This document shows positions 63,913-64,000 of a stretch of 64,000 bases of DNA, piece by piece. Under the pieces are notes generated by a model. That model worked only from the letters and a program-made list of their open reading frames with translations, was not told the origin of the DNA and made no database searches. The number at the start of each line of letters is the position of its first letter. The stretch's first letter is position 1. This stretch comes from Octopus bimaculoides (Eukaryota), in the NCBI RefSeq assembly GCF_001194135.2, contig NC_068995.1, positions 10,844,141-10,908,140 of the forward strand, written 5' to 3'. The position numbers were made by a program, and so were the translations under genes.

Positions 63913-64000
63913 GTCAGTGAGTTCGTAAAATCTTTAGCATGCTGTACGTTCTCAGTTCAAATGTGGCCAGGGTCAACTTTGATCTTTCTCCTTTCGGGGA

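Overview
AT-rich, repeat-saturated eukaryotic DNA from a gapped short-read scaffold. The SINE families and dense (TA)n/(CA)n/(GAT)n tracts match my recollection of Octopus repeats; this is recall, not a search. I find no supportable host protein-coding gene, tRNA/rRNA gene or CRISPR array, and almost all track ORFs are microsatellite or N-gap translations. The window is intergenic or intronic. It holds four tRNA-derived or RTE-tailed SINE families (my labels A-D), Tc1/mariner, piggyBac-like and hAT-like MITEs, and decayed retroelement fragments (Penelope GIY-YIG, R4/Dong-like, RTE, I/Nimb-like). The main signal is a set of type I hammerhead ribozyme (HHR)-like motifs read by eye: nine complete or degenerate and two half motifs. 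They occur in a Penelope 3' end, in short units embedded in microsatellites, and at the 3' end of a tRNA-headed SINE. Their stems covary while the core is kept.
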